Below are positions 25,930-40,631 of a DNA stretch of 64,000 nt, piece by piece; the first letter of the stretch is position 1, and every line of letters starts with the position of its first letter. Location of the stretch: the NCBI RefSeq assembly GCF_006345805.1, contig NC_043008.1, forward strand, positions 71,486,001-71,550,000. The letters are read 5' to 3'. Below the pieces are notes generated by a model, which made no database searches, was not told the origin of the DNA, and saw only the letters and a program-made list of their open reading frames with translations. A program made the position numbers and the translations under genes. This DNA comes from Octopus sinensis (taxonomy: Eukaryota).

Positions 25930-26625
25930 AGGAGATAAAACGTGTATGGTTTGTCAATCAGTGGGTGGTAATGTTTCAGTCTCAGTGTGATCAGAAGCGA
26001 TAATTGTTTGCGGCATCTTAAATTGAAAAAGAGGTAAGTAGAGAAATTACATACAATTTATCGTTCTCGGATCTGGTTATAGGTATTCGCATCTGGATGG
26101 GATTTAGCAGTTACCACTATTTTGTAAAGAAATGGTGGCTCAAAATTGCCTTCTTTAAAAAAAAATGGGGTTGGTTCATGGCAGTCATGTGATCAAAAAA
26201 CTGTTCAGTCACATGATCAAAAGATAGTTCTGTTTTTGGAAAAAAGATGGCTTAGATTTCCTTCTCTCTGTTGGATGAGAATGGCATTAAAAAGCTTCCA
26301 TGGCCAAGGCAGTCACCAGATATAAACCCTATTGAACACTCCTGGGACATAATGGACAGGTGACTTCATAAAAAGAACAAGATGGTATTCTGAAAGCCAT
26401 ATGTTTTGAGATTATTTCATGAAACTTGGCAAGAAATTCCACAAGAGAATATTCCTCACCTGATTAGTAGTATGCCTAATAAGGTCCTTGCATAGAAAAT
26501 GCAAAGCGCATGTCTACTAAATATTAAATATTTACATTATAACAATTAATAAACAATTTGAATGTAAAATTTCAGATTTAAATAAATGTTAATGATTATC
26601 AGGGGGTCTATTTACTTCTGTGTAT
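25930..26625 (+). mobile_element. Tc1 transposase relic (C-terminal half)
   Basis: WPRQSPDINPIEHSWDIM motif; SSMPN. Confidence 0.75.
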
Positions 26626-26630
26626 CTATA

Positions 26631-27592
26631 AACTGAGCCACAAAAGAAACGTTCAACACATACTAAATAGAAACCGGTTTATTAACAGACTGCTATATCA
26701 TTGATTCAAGATTACTAATTAAGCAACCGTTCTTAGTATGACACTATGTGGGGCCTCAACACTTGGTCTATGTAGCGAGAAGCGGTTATTGCATTACTCC
26801 GGCCTTGACCAATGTTTTGGAAGATCACTGATCCAAGTGTCTGGCTGAGTGCAATCCCACTGCATACCATGATGCCCTCTGCTGCTCATAAGTCTCTCTC
26901 CATCACCCAGCAATCAGCATGACGTTCACACATGCTTCTTCAAACTCTAGGTCTTCCATCTGCCACAGAAATGCAAAATCAAATTTCGCCAGAGAAGACT
27001 ACAGTCCTCCACTGTTGATATTGCCAGTTCTGACGTTTTTGAGACAAGTGCAGGCGTGCCCGTCGTAGACAATCTGTGAGGATGGGGCCCCTAGGTAGAC
27101 GTCGAAAAAACATTGAAAGATTTCAGCTGGCGGCGAAATGTCTCCGCTCAAATGGGTCTGTGGTGAGTCCTTATGGCCTGCTTAGCTGATTCCGTTGCCC
27201 CCCCCCCCAGAATCGGTCCTGCAAGTGCTATCGGTGCAGGTGGCGATCTTTACGTGCCGTAGTAACCTTCGGTCACCCACTGCGCGAACGATCATTTCGT
27301 GTCCGTCTTGGCATGCTTGCTAATAAATGTAGGAACCTTTTATACCAATTAGTTAACATTCTGCACATGCATCATAGTTTTCATGAAGATGGGTTCGCGA
27401 GCATTTCCATGTTCACGAAATGTGAGCGAATTCGAGCGCTACATGCAATCCTTGTGTTTTCAAAAGACTGTGGTGTTGTGTGGTGTTCTTGATGTCAAAT
27501 TATCTAGAAATGTGCTAAAATCCATATGATATTCATATCGTGTGTGGAACAAATAATCTTTTACTGTGCGACGTTTCTTTTGTAGTTCAGTG
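26631..27592 (-). mobile_element. Internally deleted Tc1 element with TIRs and TA TSD
   Basis: TIRs ACTGAGCCACAAAAGAAACGT / ACGTTTCTTTTGTAGTTCAGT; WRTVVFSGE and GIMVCSGI remnants. Confidence 0.8.
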
Positions 27593-27595
27593 TAC

Positions 27596-27638
<43 letters not shown>

Positions 27639-27654
27639 AATAAATGTTTTTATA

Positions 27655-27950
27655 TATAAAGAACGTGAAATACAGGAAGGGACGAACACGGAACACAGAC
27701 GAATCATTCGAAGCCTTCAATCTTCAGTCAGACACCGAATCATCATAGCAAGTTTCGGCTGTTCAATTCTGATATTTGCTCCAACTCGGCCAGCCACAAG
27801 AAAAAAACTAAGCTGTAAGCATTAGATTTCTTGGTAGAAGACAAGAATGTAAACGCAAGAGACGGATGTAAATACAAGAGACGAAAACGAAATTGAAAAC
27901 AGTAATGGATAAACAAAATATAACGGTGGTTGTCTTACGACTTTAGACCA
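27655..27950 (-). mobile_element. Copy of the 21163-22125 family, (TA)n-flanked
   Basis: GTCTAAAGTCGTAAGAC, GGCTG..CAGCCGAAAC and GACTGAAGATTGAAGGCTTCGAATGA shared. Confidence 0.7.
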
Positions 27951-27961
27951 AATGAGACAAA

Positions 27962-27993
<32 letters not shown>

Positions 27994-27996
<3 letters not shown>

Positions 27997-28684
27997 TAGC
28001 AGATAAGCCCTGTTTCACCCGGTCGGTTTGGATGATGTGGCTGTAAAACCTGCTCTTTGTAAGCATTCGACTTGTTTGGACAAGATTACGTTTTAAAAAC
28101 AATGTTAGAATGATTTTTTCTGTCAAAATGCTAAAAGCAACTGACCAACAAAAAAAAACCAACAAAGATTCAACCAAATCAAAAAATAAACCCAAATACT
28201 AAGCGAACAAAGATGAATCATCCCTCTTCCATTGCACGCGCATACATTCACATACCTCCTTTTATATACACACACGCGCATATATTCACGCAGAGTTGAA
28301 AGGATGTATCTTTTATTTTTTCAGCGTACAATATTCATCATCCCACTACCAAGTATGACATCACCCTTCCTTATTCATCTATCATCCCTTCCTTTTTCAC
28401 TCATTAGCACAAGAATATTATTATAGTAGATTATCTCAGTAACCATGGGAACTATGAAGAAATATGACATCACCCTTTCCTTCCTTATTCATCCACCACT
28501 CCTTCTTTTCTCATTCATAAACACATTCATAATCTCGGTAACCGTGGGAGCTATGAAAAAATGCAAACCCTAGCATCACCACCGGATCATTCTACACATC
28601 TGTGTGATTTTTTGCGCAATGCCACCCAGCCGTTTGACCGTGAATCCGAAGACAAGAAAGAATGGCTCATATCAATTTTATATG

Positions 28685-28688
<4 letters not shown>
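27994..28688 (+). mobile_element. Helitron/Helentron-type non-autonomous element with internal tandem repeats
   Basis: TACTAGC..CCC 5' end; duplicated TGACATCACCCTT..TTATTCATC and TCTC.GTAACC.TGGGA.CTATGAA blocks; TTTTATATGTATA 3' end. Confidence 0.55.
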
Positions 28689-28738
<50 letters not shown>

Positions 28739-29099
28739 GGGGGTTTAGTTCACAGGTGATCTAATCGATTGGGTGCACTATGTAAGTGCTGTAACGGATT
28801 ACTAAGTCTCCAAGGTTATATAGTCGAGACAGTAGTTATGGAGCTAGGCAATGAAAGACAGAAAAGGGAAAATATTTATATCCATATGATTAAGCGTAAA
28901 ACAGGGCAAAAGGAAATTGTACATGAATACAGAAGGTGGAGTACTATTTATCGTTTGAAGGGGAAAAGCCTGTTACTCAGAGTTACCGTTCGTCGGACAG
29001 TTCTGATCATATTCATTGTATGATCACAACTGTCCAACGAACGTTAATATAAAACCGAGTTAGCTTTTGTGAAGACTTTTTCAGCTTCGATAAAAATTA

Positions 29100-29104
<5 letters not shown>

Positions 29105-29174
<70 letters not shown>

Positions 29175-29299
29175 GTGTATGTGTGTGTGTGTATGTTTGC
29201 ATGCGAACGTATTTTTTTATGTGCGTGAGCATTCTCTGTCTGATTGTGTGAGTGTATATATATGAGTGTATATGTATATATATATATATGAGTGTATAT

Positions 29300-29349
<50 letters not shown>

Positions 29350-29452
29350 TATATATATGTATGTATGTATTCATATGAATACAACACACACGCACACTAA
29401 TATATGCATGCATACAGGTTCATGTAAGCTTGAGTGTTGTGTGTATATACAT

Positions 29453-29511
<59 letters not shown>

Positions 29512-29605
29512 ATATATACATATATATACATATATATATGTATATATATGATAGATAGATAGATAGATATATATATATATATATAGATAGATAGATAGAT
29601 AGATG

Positions 29606-29653
<48 letters not shown>

Positions 29654-29680
29654 TATATATATATAGATAGATAGATATGT
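29105..29680. repeat. (TG)n, (TA)n and (GATA)n compound microsatellite
   Basis: Direct inspection. Confidence 0.95.
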
Positions 29681-29779
29681 GTATTTATATATGAGTTAAT
29701 ATTTATTGTTCGATAACTACTTCCTTTGGAACGTATAAAACTTGGATTTACGCCTAATTGAACTGTCAAAAAATACGTC

Positions 29780-30425
29780 TGACGGCAACGACGACGACAA
29801 CTGTGATGATGATCAGGTTCATGAAGATGGTGGCGTCGATGATCACTATAAAGCGTTGCTGTTGGTGCTGGTGGTGGTGCTGGTGGCGATAATGTTGATG
29901 ACAGCGATTAAGGTCATGTTTATCACGACGATGACAACAGTGATGTCTACGATGGTGGCAACGCCATTTTAAAATACTGGTAAAGTTAGAAGTAATGCTG
30001 ATGTTGACGATGTAGCTACTACCGCCACGTGTTAATTAACTGCTATTTTAATAGCATCAGAAGAATTCAGATCTAACTTCATTGCTAGTAGTAGTAGTAG
30101 TAGTAGTAGTAGTTGCCACAGTGGTTTTGTTGGTGGTGGTGATGATGGTGTTGGTGGTGTTGATGGTGGTGGTCATGCTTTTGTTGGCAGTAGTTGTTAT
30201 TGAACTGGCCTGGTGTTGGTGTAGTTGGTGGTGATGAGGGTGATGATACTGTTGTTGGCGCTATTGTTGATTGCAGTTTTGTTGTTGTTGGTGATGGTGA
30301 TGATGATGATGATGTTTGAGTTGTTGGTGGCGGCAGTAGTGATTAGGATATTGTTGTTGATGTTGGTGGTGGTGGTGTTGGTGATGTTGATTTGTTTGAA
30401 GATTAACATTGTGTTTGATGGTGGT
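29780..30425. repeat. Degenerate (TGA/TGG/TTG/TAG)n trinucleotide low-complexity tract
   Basis: Direct inspection. Confidence 0.85.
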
Positions 30426-31277
30426 AGTCTTCATTGCATTGCTCGTTGTGTATGTCGGGGTTAACAATATGTGTGTGCGTGCGTGCATGTATGTGTGTGT
30501 GTGTGTTTAGGTGGTAGTTTTTTTTTTTGGCATGCGTTGTGAATAATGTCGGTGGATATTGTGTGTAGGTGTTCTTTGATAGCATTGTTTTGCGCGTGGC
30601 TACTGGTATAGTTGTATGTTTGTAGTAGTATAGCTATTACTCCTCGTCGTGATGCTGGGGATAGTATTGGTTGATGCGTTGGCATTACTCCTGGTTAAAT
30701 GTGCAGCTACTAGTGTGCATTTGCATCTGTTTGTAGTAGTGTAAGTGTTAGATCTAATCGAGGATTTGGTGTTTGTATATCTTGCACGTGTTGGTTGGAA
30801 TATGTTTTCATGAATTACCCGTAGTTCTTGTTCGTAATCGTAGTAGCACGGGTAGCAGCTCTGGTAGCAGTGTTGGTGATAATATTGGCTGAATGTCATA
30901 GTGTGGGAAAAAGTGCTAATTAAAAGTTTTGTAGGTGACGTTAATGGTAAATGTTACAAAGAAAGATAGATATATTGAATATCAACAGGAACGGAGGAGA
31001 CAACATTCTCAGTGACAAACGTTTACGTTTATTTCCTGTTATTTGAAGAATGGAGAAATAATTCAAATATTTATCGTATATGCATGCAAGACACGCTCAC
31101 ATTCACTTATACATACACTGACATTCACTTGTATATACGCATATACAACACACACATACACTTATACACACATAAACACAAAAACACACAAATATGAATA
31201 TATGCCTATATAATATATAGGCATATATGTAGGTAAATATATATATATATATAGTATATATATGTATATTTACCTAC

Positions 31278-31314
<37 letters not shown>

Positions 31315-31364
31315 AAATATTGAATTTCTAAATCTCTCGTAGAGACATGTACGGTGGTGGGGCG

Positions 31365-31615
31365 ATAGAATGGTTGTATACTGTCAATCTAACAAGAACG
31401 TGACAGTAGGGGGTACACCACCGCTGTATAGCCCTAGGAAGCATCGAACGCCTCCTGATAGCTTTGACACATTTTTCCCTATATGTATATAAGGACACAG
31501 GGAAAAAATGTGTCAAAGCTATCAGGAGGCGTTCGATGCTTCCTAGGGCTATTCAGTGGTGGTGTACCCCCTACTGTCACGTTCTTGTTAGATTGACAGT
31601 ATACAACCATTCTAT
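31365..31615. repeat. Near-perfect inverted repeat (arms 31365-31480 / 31499-31615)
   Basis: ~116 bp arms with ~3 differences, 18 bp spacer, (TA)n flanks. Confidence 0.95.
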
Positions 31616-31649
<34 letters not shown>

Positions 31650-31696
31650 ATGTGTGTGTGTGAGTGTGTCTGTGTATGCATCCATTCATATATATG

Positions 31697-31730
<34 letters not shown>

Positions 31731-31887
31731 GTGTGTGTGTGTGTGTGTATTACCAACAATGAGAACTATGAGGTGTTTCAACGTACTTTAAGCTCATACT
31801 AAGGATCCAGCCAATCGTGGCACCCTACATGTTGATATATTTATATTCAATAAACATGTCAATGCATATTCTTTATTATTATTATTG

Positions 31888-31947
<60 letters not shown>

Positions 31948-31964
31948 TATTATTATTATTACTG

Positions 31965-34400
31965 GGGTGGTGGTTTGACAAGTGTTTAATATCAAGGTTT
32001 GCTTTAAGTTATCTTAGTCCAGCTGTTTTAGTGCTGAATGGGAGGTTATCAGAAAGACTTTGCTTCCTGAAGACACACTCTTCTACTTTAATGCATATAT
32101 TTTGCTGCTGCTGTTCAGCAAGTGCTGTCTAAGCGATCGTATGTCGTTCGAAAGGTATCTTCCCTGATCTCAACATTGTACCTTCTCTTATGTAAAACCA
32201 ATCGATATCACTGTTTCTGTGAATATCTCCAGTTGATGTCAGAATCTGGCGAGTTTCAGTGTGTATCGAATGGTTTCCTCCATGAGACAGTTGAGTATCC
32301 CCAATGTTGTTATCATCACTGGGAATACAAGGACATTGGCAGATATGGTCTTGTAAGATAAGATTTGCTACTGCCATATTTTCTAAGTCTTCTGTAGTAT
32401 TCTCGTGTCACTCTATCTTTATTCAAAGCACTTTCACATGCTGTCTTTTTAATGATGGTTTGGTATTTGTCTTATTTTATGTGGAATAGGTGAGAATGTA
32501 GACTCTTGAATCGTGGGCGTTTGGTCTGGGATATTAATTTTCCATGTTTCACACTCAAATCTGAATAGTTTGGGCGAAATTCAATTCCTATGACAGCTGA
32601 CATATCATGTTTAGCTGATTTTTAGTATTGTACTCATGTTTGGTATAGATCTTCAGGTCATCCACAAAGGAATTATGATCTACCTTGTTATATGCAGTAC
32701 GTGCAAATCCAGTGATGTAGCCATCAGAGTTTTATAGTTGAAATGATAAAGGATTTCCTGACAAAATAAACAGAATTACAGAAATATCTGATACGATCAT
32801 CCCGCTCTTATCTATAAGTGTGAGGGTCGTTGAGCTGGTATTTGTGGGCCTTCAATGGCGGTAAATAAGAAATCAGACACTTTTGCTAAGTTTAGTGTCT
32901 TCAGCTGCCATTAGTCGTGAGCAGAATCGAAGGCTTTCCCAAAATCAAGCTTTCTGAGACGTTGTATTCTTCAGACACTAGATTTGCTTACCAAAAATTG
33001 CTCGGTACATCTGTACCCTCCCTACTATTCACCAGCCTGCTCATCAAGCATCATGTTTTTGGAATCTCAAATATACTGGAAAAATTGGTTAAAAATTGCA
33101 CAATTTTTAAAGAAGCAATGCGCCTATAATTTTCTTCCATCTTGATAGTTTCATTCTTAGCTACAAGATACTGCAAACCAACTTGGTATAACAATCTAAT
33201 CTTCATAGCCTTTTTCAATACAAGTGTTAATGTCAGTAAAGGTATGTTTCTTGCACCTGTATCCAACTATTAGGTCCATTCCAAGTGCTTTACTCTTATG
33301 CGGTTTGTTTACAGCTATTGTGGAATTTCGGTGTTTATTGACTATATTTGTACAGTGTTTGTACAGTGTTCTTTCCTAACTATGTGTAGCCATGGCCCTT
33401 TAAGATTGAAATTTCTATTTTCACTCGTGGTCTTTGACCCAAATTATTCAAGAGGGGACTTTCTTGAATAAGGTATTCATTTCCTTCCTCATTATTTCCT
33501 TTCCCATCTCACGATATAATACCTCTGGATTGAAATGAGATATGTTGTTTATACTGGCACACTCATAATTTTTTTCCGTAAGAGATATTTTTCACTCTGA
33601 ATCCTGACATTATATTTTATAGTAATTAGCTTTTTTTCCCAGGAGCTTGCTTAAAAGATTGCTTTTGAGCTATTTTTATATCTGAAATAATTATTGTGGT
33701 CTGAACTCATTATTCTCCTTACAATCTCTTATCATGTTTAAGCTCCAAATATGGCAACGCAGATTGTTGCTTACTTTTTTTTTATTTTCAAATTTTGTTT
33801 TCCATTTAACTTAAATCCATTTAGTAATTTCACTGCCATGTGTACGGCAGATTTCCCGTACGTGTTCTATTAGAGGACTAGCAGCTGCGTATATGACGGT
33901 ATTAATTGCCCAGTAATTAATATGAAATGCTTGTATGTGTTCTCCATATGGTAGTTCACTCGATGACAGCGAACAACAAGTAAAACTATTCTCAAGGTTA
34001 ATATATGCCACAGTCGTCTCTGTCCAAAGAATTACATGCAAAGATACACGAGAGTTTGGTGATAACAGCAGCGGTGATTTCACATTATTATAGATCACGC
34101 TAATGGCAAATTTTGGCCAGTTCTCAGTGTTTTAAAGATATCGATTAGTATGAAAAAAGTAAGCCAATTTTTTCATAGAAGGATGCATGTAACCGAAGCT
34201 GTTTTGCAATAAAGATATGTTAATAAGGGTTGAACTTCATCCCAGTTTATCTCACCGCGTCATTTAGCATTGGTTTAAATGTAAAGTCCAAGTAAAATGA
34301 GGGGAGAACTTATGTCGTCTTAAATAACTGAGAAGTGTCGAAATACTGTTTGCATTGGTGTTGTTATTTTCAGTATTCAGACTTCAAGATATAATTCCAC
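31965..34400 (-). mobile_element. R4/Dong-like retrotransposon relic including RT
   Basis: LVAKNETIKMEENYRRIASL, KAFDSAH, SFVDDLKIY; abuts (ATT)n. Confidence 0.7.
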
Positions 34401-35252
34401 GTTGTAAAAGTATAGTTCGTAATCCGACCTAGATAATTATATATATATATATACTTTTAAGTAAAGATATTTATAATAGAACAAGTAAAACAGTTACTGA
34501 TTTACGTTGGTGGGCATAATTCTAGGTTTTTTTCCCCAAATTTGCTGGTTGGTAACCTAATGCACCTACTTTTTTTCTTTGTTTTAGATTTACAGTTGAT
34601 TTTAACCAATAACCACCACGTTTTCATCTTGTTCCTTTTAGCATATGAATTATGTTAATCCTCCGTCTGTTATTAATGACCATATATGAAGGATTCGTAG
34701 TCCACTCCGCCAGAATAACATTATATGCGGAGTTCTCATCTTCCACTACAGGTTATTAGTTGGAATCCAAATCAGAGTTGTATGATATCGAAGACAGGTT
34801 GTCGATTGTGAAGCGTGCCCACATGCCCACTTTAATGATAAATCCAAAACGAACAGCGAACAACATCCTTTGCACGTATTTTATAGCAACACACCAGGAA
34901 CGGTCAGACAGAATCAGGCTTGAGATAATATCTAGCTGCCTCGGGAGCCTTCGATTCTCCATTCTTGTTCAGCGTTTACTCCCGGAGCATTCTCCATGGG
35001 CGGATTGCGTGCCAAAGCTGCAGATGTTTGGAATCAGTATTTTTCTTCCTCTAGATAGGTTGCCTCATCAGTTTAACGAGCTCTGCGTACCAAACTGACA
35101 AAAAATATCTTCATGTTTTTACAATTGTTTACGACACGTTTTCGAATCCCGCGAACCATATTTTTCTATGAACGGCTGTATTCCCTTAAGGAGAATATAT
35201 AACATCATGCAATGTTGGAAATCAGTGAATGCATATATATATGCATATATTA

Positions 35253-35317
<65 letters not shown>

Positions 35318-35340
35318 TATATATACACACATACATAAAT

Positions 35341-35439
<99 letters not shown>

Positions 35440-36109
35440 CATACACACAAACACACACGCACATATTTATCAGAAATGATGAATCTCTAAAAGATGAAAG
35501 GCTAAATGGATAATCCAAAATTCTGAATAGCTCCTTTTTTCTTAATATATAAAGCTGTACACCACTTCAGTCTCACTCTTTCTCTCTCTCTCACTCTCTC
35601 TTTCTGTATACGCACACACACTCACACACACACATACATGTATACATATATACATATACATAGATATATAGATGCGTTCATACACACAAACATAGACACA
35701 TACACACACACATATATACATGAGATCATGTATTGGGTTATATAAGACACAAATCGATAGATATTCAATAAAACTCTTCAGGAGGCAGTGGGGAATTAAA
35801 AGATCAGTAAATACTAAAATACATTCATAACTAAATATAGAAAGAAGGGATTGCAACGATACATTTAATTTAATTGTTTGGACTCGCAGATCGTAAAGTT
35901 AACCACAAATAGTTTAATTTGAAAATGATCTAAGAGAATTAGTTGAAGATCACCACACCCCTAGTAAGCTGCATAATATAGTAAATATTTACCGATCTGA
36001 TGGAGCTAAAGTCGAAGCTGTACACCCTCTCCATTCAAAGAACGAATACGATAAACGAAAAAATCTAACTGAAATCCCATGCTTCATGATCCAGCGATGG
36101 AGAGATGGG

Positions 36110-36850
36110 CTATACCTTCTTTTGAGGAGGTGCTGTTGCAGTAATCCTTGGAGGTCTAAAGATCCTTAAGAGATATAGTTCTGCAATAGAACATATTGAA
36201 CGTCTTTTGATCCAGTTCATATAGGATCTGCTTTTGGAAGGGATTTTCAATTTGACTTCGTAGTTTGTTCTGTCGTCTTTACAAGAAATGGAAATTTTAG
36301 TTCTGTTGCTCTTAATGTATCTATGGTTTCTAGGAATGTGAATATATACTGAGTGTAAGAAAGTTCTACTACATTTGTCCAAACCTTAACAGAAAGGGGC
36401 GGGGTGAACCAAACAAGTTTCCGAGACCTATTCATACGACTCGATGATAGAAGAAGTGGGGGGTTGTAAAATATTTTATCAGTAAACTGCTATCTTGTAG
36501 ACATTTATAAAATGGCTCAGCCTTTTCGAATATTTCTTCGGAAAAGTGAAGGCAGCGATCATTCGGTTAATATTTGGAATCAAGTTTTTAAATACAATAG
36601 ATGGGTGGCAGGAATATTTATTAACAGATTTCTGGTAAGTACCAAGGGAGGGCTTATAGGAATTAAATTTGAGGTATAACGAAATATCTAAAAATTTAGA
36701 CCTAGTTATATTAGTGTCGATATCGATCTTAAGTCCTAAACGTTTGTTGAAGGTTTGCTGAAGGTAGAAATTAATTGCTTTCTAAACGAATCTACCACCT
36801 TGCTATCACAAGTCTGTGATCGCAAAAGACATCATTTGAAATTTCGTAAT
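36110..36850 (-). mobile_element. Penelope-like element relic (RT C-terminus/thumb-linker)
   Basis: IDTNITRSKFLDISL..SYKP..SCHPSIVFKNLIPNINRMI; EIFEKAEPFY; RKLVWFTPPLSVKVWTN; NRTKISISC. Confidence 0.8.
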
Positions 36851-37132
36851 GTTTCAAATATTCGAACTAAGATAAATTAGATTCATTCCTCGGTTGTAAG
36901 ATTAATTGCTTTCGGTTGTAAGATTTACATGATCGGTCATATGAAATTCTAATTTCATGTGCCCGATCATAAGTGCATACGAATTGTTGAATAAGCAGTC
37001 TGTTATTCTGAATACATTGGCTATGTAGGAAATCCATCGATAATCCTTTATCCCTGTTCAGTTGTGCTCTTCGTTTGGTAGGCCCGTACCGAATGTGTAT
37101 TAATACATATTCATAATGAACGTGAGTGTGTG

Positions 37133-37176
<44 letters not shown>

Positions 37177-38072
37177 AATGTATCTATGTATGTATATGTA
37201 TGTATATATCTACATGCATATAAATATATATATATATACATACGTATATATATACATATACATATACATATATATATATACATATACATATATATATATA
37301 TATGTATGTATGTATATACATATACATATACACACAATCGCACGCAAACACGCACACCCACACACCCAACCAACCATGTATGTATATTTGTTTCCATAAA
37401 CAACATGAATGAACATGTGTAGAGGAGATATAAATGTGACGGAACTAATTGTTTTAGAAATAACATAAAGCATGAGTTTAAGCCACAAAAACTAAACAAC
37501 TATAAATTATTATACAATCAAGAAATAATTAGAAATACGATATCCTACCTCGGAATTTTTCCCTTTTCCTTTTTTCCTTTCTGAAGAAGTGCTATTTTGG
37601 AAACGTTAATTCTATTTTTACTGAGCGTAAAACTAATACATTCCATGTACATATCTTCTCGTTATTTTTATTTTTAATGTTCATTCATTCAATTTGAATA
37701 CACCTACTCACCCCTTTATATATTTATATATTTACAGAGGGGTTGAATACACAGTATATAGATAACACATTCGCATGTGCAGTGTCTGTGAGGATTTCAC
37801 CCTTGAATAAATGAAATGGACTTCTGCGTGGATAGTGGCAAGGGGTCAAACCCTGATGACTGTTAAGAATGATTCAAGAAGTTGAATTATGACTCAGCTT
37901 TAGCCGCCAAGAAGTATGCAGTTCATGCGTACTAAGACATGAGGAATATACGAAGAATACTTATAATTGGCTTGTCTCCATCCCTCTCGCACACAATCAT
38001 ATATTTCCAAACTAACCCAAATATGTGTGCTTCAATTATATATATATATATAATTATGTATGTATGTATGTA

Positions 38073-39151
38073 TTAGGTTGTTTTACATGGAATGTCGTAT
38101 TTGAAAGGTAACAATAAAGTGTTCTAGAAGTGTTAGAGAACTAGCTTATTTAATCAAAGTATGATCCATGTTAATTTATGAAGTTTTTCTATGTCGTATT
38201 CCATCTTTAAAAAAACAAAATTCATCTTTGTAGTGATAAACTGTCCGAATGCTTCAATTATCTCTTCTCTATTCAAGAATTGAATTGCTTATGAAAAGCT
38301 CAAAATAATGATCAGTGGTAGAGATATCAGAGGAATGGGGAGGATGTGGCAAAATTTTATAATGCTGGCTTTGCAACATTTGGATCGTAGCTTGGGGAGT
38401 GTGCGGACGTGCACTAACGTGGAGCGAAATCGAGTCATCTCTTTTCACTAGTTTTGGTGCTTCTTTCTCAAATTCTCATGCATAAAATCTATTTCCTAGC
38501 AATACGATGTTGCTGTTACACTATTCCTTGTTGCAAAAATGAATAACAAATAACTCCCTTTGCAGACCGCCATACAGTGATCACTAACACTTTTTAGAGT
38601 GCAAAGATGGGATTTGGTAGTGTTTAGGTGACTCTCCTGCATCTAATCACTGTCGTGTTCTGCTACTGTTGTCAAATAGTATCTATTTCGCATCACAAGA
38701 AATCATTTCATGCAAAAATGGGTTTTTTTCCAGTCGAGAAAGCAATAAGGAGCACACTTCGAGGCTTCTATTTTTTTTGTTGATTTATGAATCTCGTTTA
38801 GTTGATGTGGAACAAATCTATCTGTTCTCTTGACTTTTCCAATTTTGTACAGGTGTCCCAAAACAGTTGTGCGAGATGACTGGAGTTCTAATGAAAGTTT
38901 TCGAACCTTTGTTCGAGGATTTTGTTCAACCAAAGCATTTTAAACATCATTCTAAATAACTGGTCTTGACATACCCCTTGGTTTGTTTTCAAGGCTATTA
39001 TTTCCTTAACGAGAGCCTTACGCATTTTATATACGAATATTGTTGGGAAAGAAAAGTGTCAAGATTCAATGCAAGGTATACATAATTGAGTTTTTAAATG
39101 ACCGAAATAACCACTAATTAAAAATGCGATAATTCCTTTCAATCAACCTAA
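38073..39151 (-). mobile_element. Mariner (DD34D-type) relic with TIRs
   Basis: TTAGGTTG..CAACCTAA ends; VEQNPRTKVRKL..HLYKIGKVK..VPHQL; LHVSARPH; ILPHPPHSSDISTTD. Confidence 0.85.
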
Positions 39152-39178
39152 CACAAAGGCGCGCGCGCACATGCTTAT

Positions 39179-39219
<41 letters not shown>

Positions 39220-39312
39220 GATAGATAGACAGATATTACATAGATAGATAGGTAGACAAATAGAGAGATAAGTAGATTGATAGATTGATATAGACACATG
39301 TTTATATATGAA

Positions 39313-39352
<40 letters not shown>

Positions 39353-40580
39353 ATTTCTATATATATATACATATATAATATGCTTGTTTATGAATACATA
39401 TATTTATAATGCGTGTACATGAATACATATAATTATGGTAGATGTTTGTGGGTGTGTGTTGTGTTTGCGTGAATGTGTGTTTATATTTATATTTATAACT
39501 TTAAAACAAATGCAACTCAAATAGCTTAACTACCAATTTAGTTCGAACTGACTCATTCGCCATTGATCGCTGTTCAAAACGTTGAAACTTACGACCTTCA
39601 ATGAAAGTGATCGCCGCCATTTTGATTTTCTATTTTCTGTTGCTTACATTATTCCTCTCTATTGTTTAATTATTTATTTCTTTGTTTTCTTTTTGTTTAC
39701 TATTTGTTGTTGATAATATATTTCTTCTATTGGCTTTGAAGAAAATTAAATCAGAGGCGAAATCAAATTTGCTTACACGCCTTCTCTTTTCTAAACAGAA
39801 TATGTAGTGTTGCCTTTCATGCATACACAGAGATATACTCAGCCACAGATACAATCAAATTCATGGACAAACACATAGCTGCGTACATAAGGACGTACAT
39901 GTTTCTGATCCATATTGGATTATTGATCTCACTTAGAAACGTTGTTTGACTTTTAACCTCAGATTTTTTCTTATAATACATACATACGTATGATACACAC
40001 ACACACGCACATATGTACACACACATGCACACACAATCACACACACACACACATATGTATACATACATATATATGTCTTATACAGCAACATATAACTACT
40101 GGATCGTTAGTTAGCAGATCTTCCTGCAGCAAGCCGCGTCTAGCCTACACCGAAATTTCGAATTTATAAATAACATTGTAGAAAGGAAGGCATTCTTAAA
40201 CGGTCTTAGTCTGGCATTATGTGTGTTGTGATATCAATAAATTCCTTTCTGTTTGTTGTATTGATTTGACCAAACCGCTTTGTGATCATGTTGTTTCTTA
40301 TTTCTCGTTTCTCTAATACTTTATTTTTGTTTAGTGTTCCCTGGCATTTACTCATGTTTTATTTTATTTCTAAAAATATTTCTTCTGTTGTATTTATATC
40401 CACTGTAACTATGTACATCCATGCTGTTTATGAAAATATATGTTTATATATATATATACTCCCACATCTTCATTACTAGTTCACACCCACAAAAGAAAGC
40501 CTACGCATATTTATGCATGTATACACCCCCCACACATATGTACATATACACATACATCATGCATACGAATATACATGCAT

Positions 40581-40631
<51 letters not shown>

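Noticed and set aside
34740-35100. 112 aa ORF or RTE fragment
   Set aside because: Only a weak RMENRRLPRQL similarity on the minus strand; insufficient to call.
37575-37612. HHR-like CTGAAGA..GAAACGTT
   Set aside because: Helices I and II do not pair; at best a decayed remnant. The same applies to motifs near 6458, 17117, 35997, 37852 and 56201.
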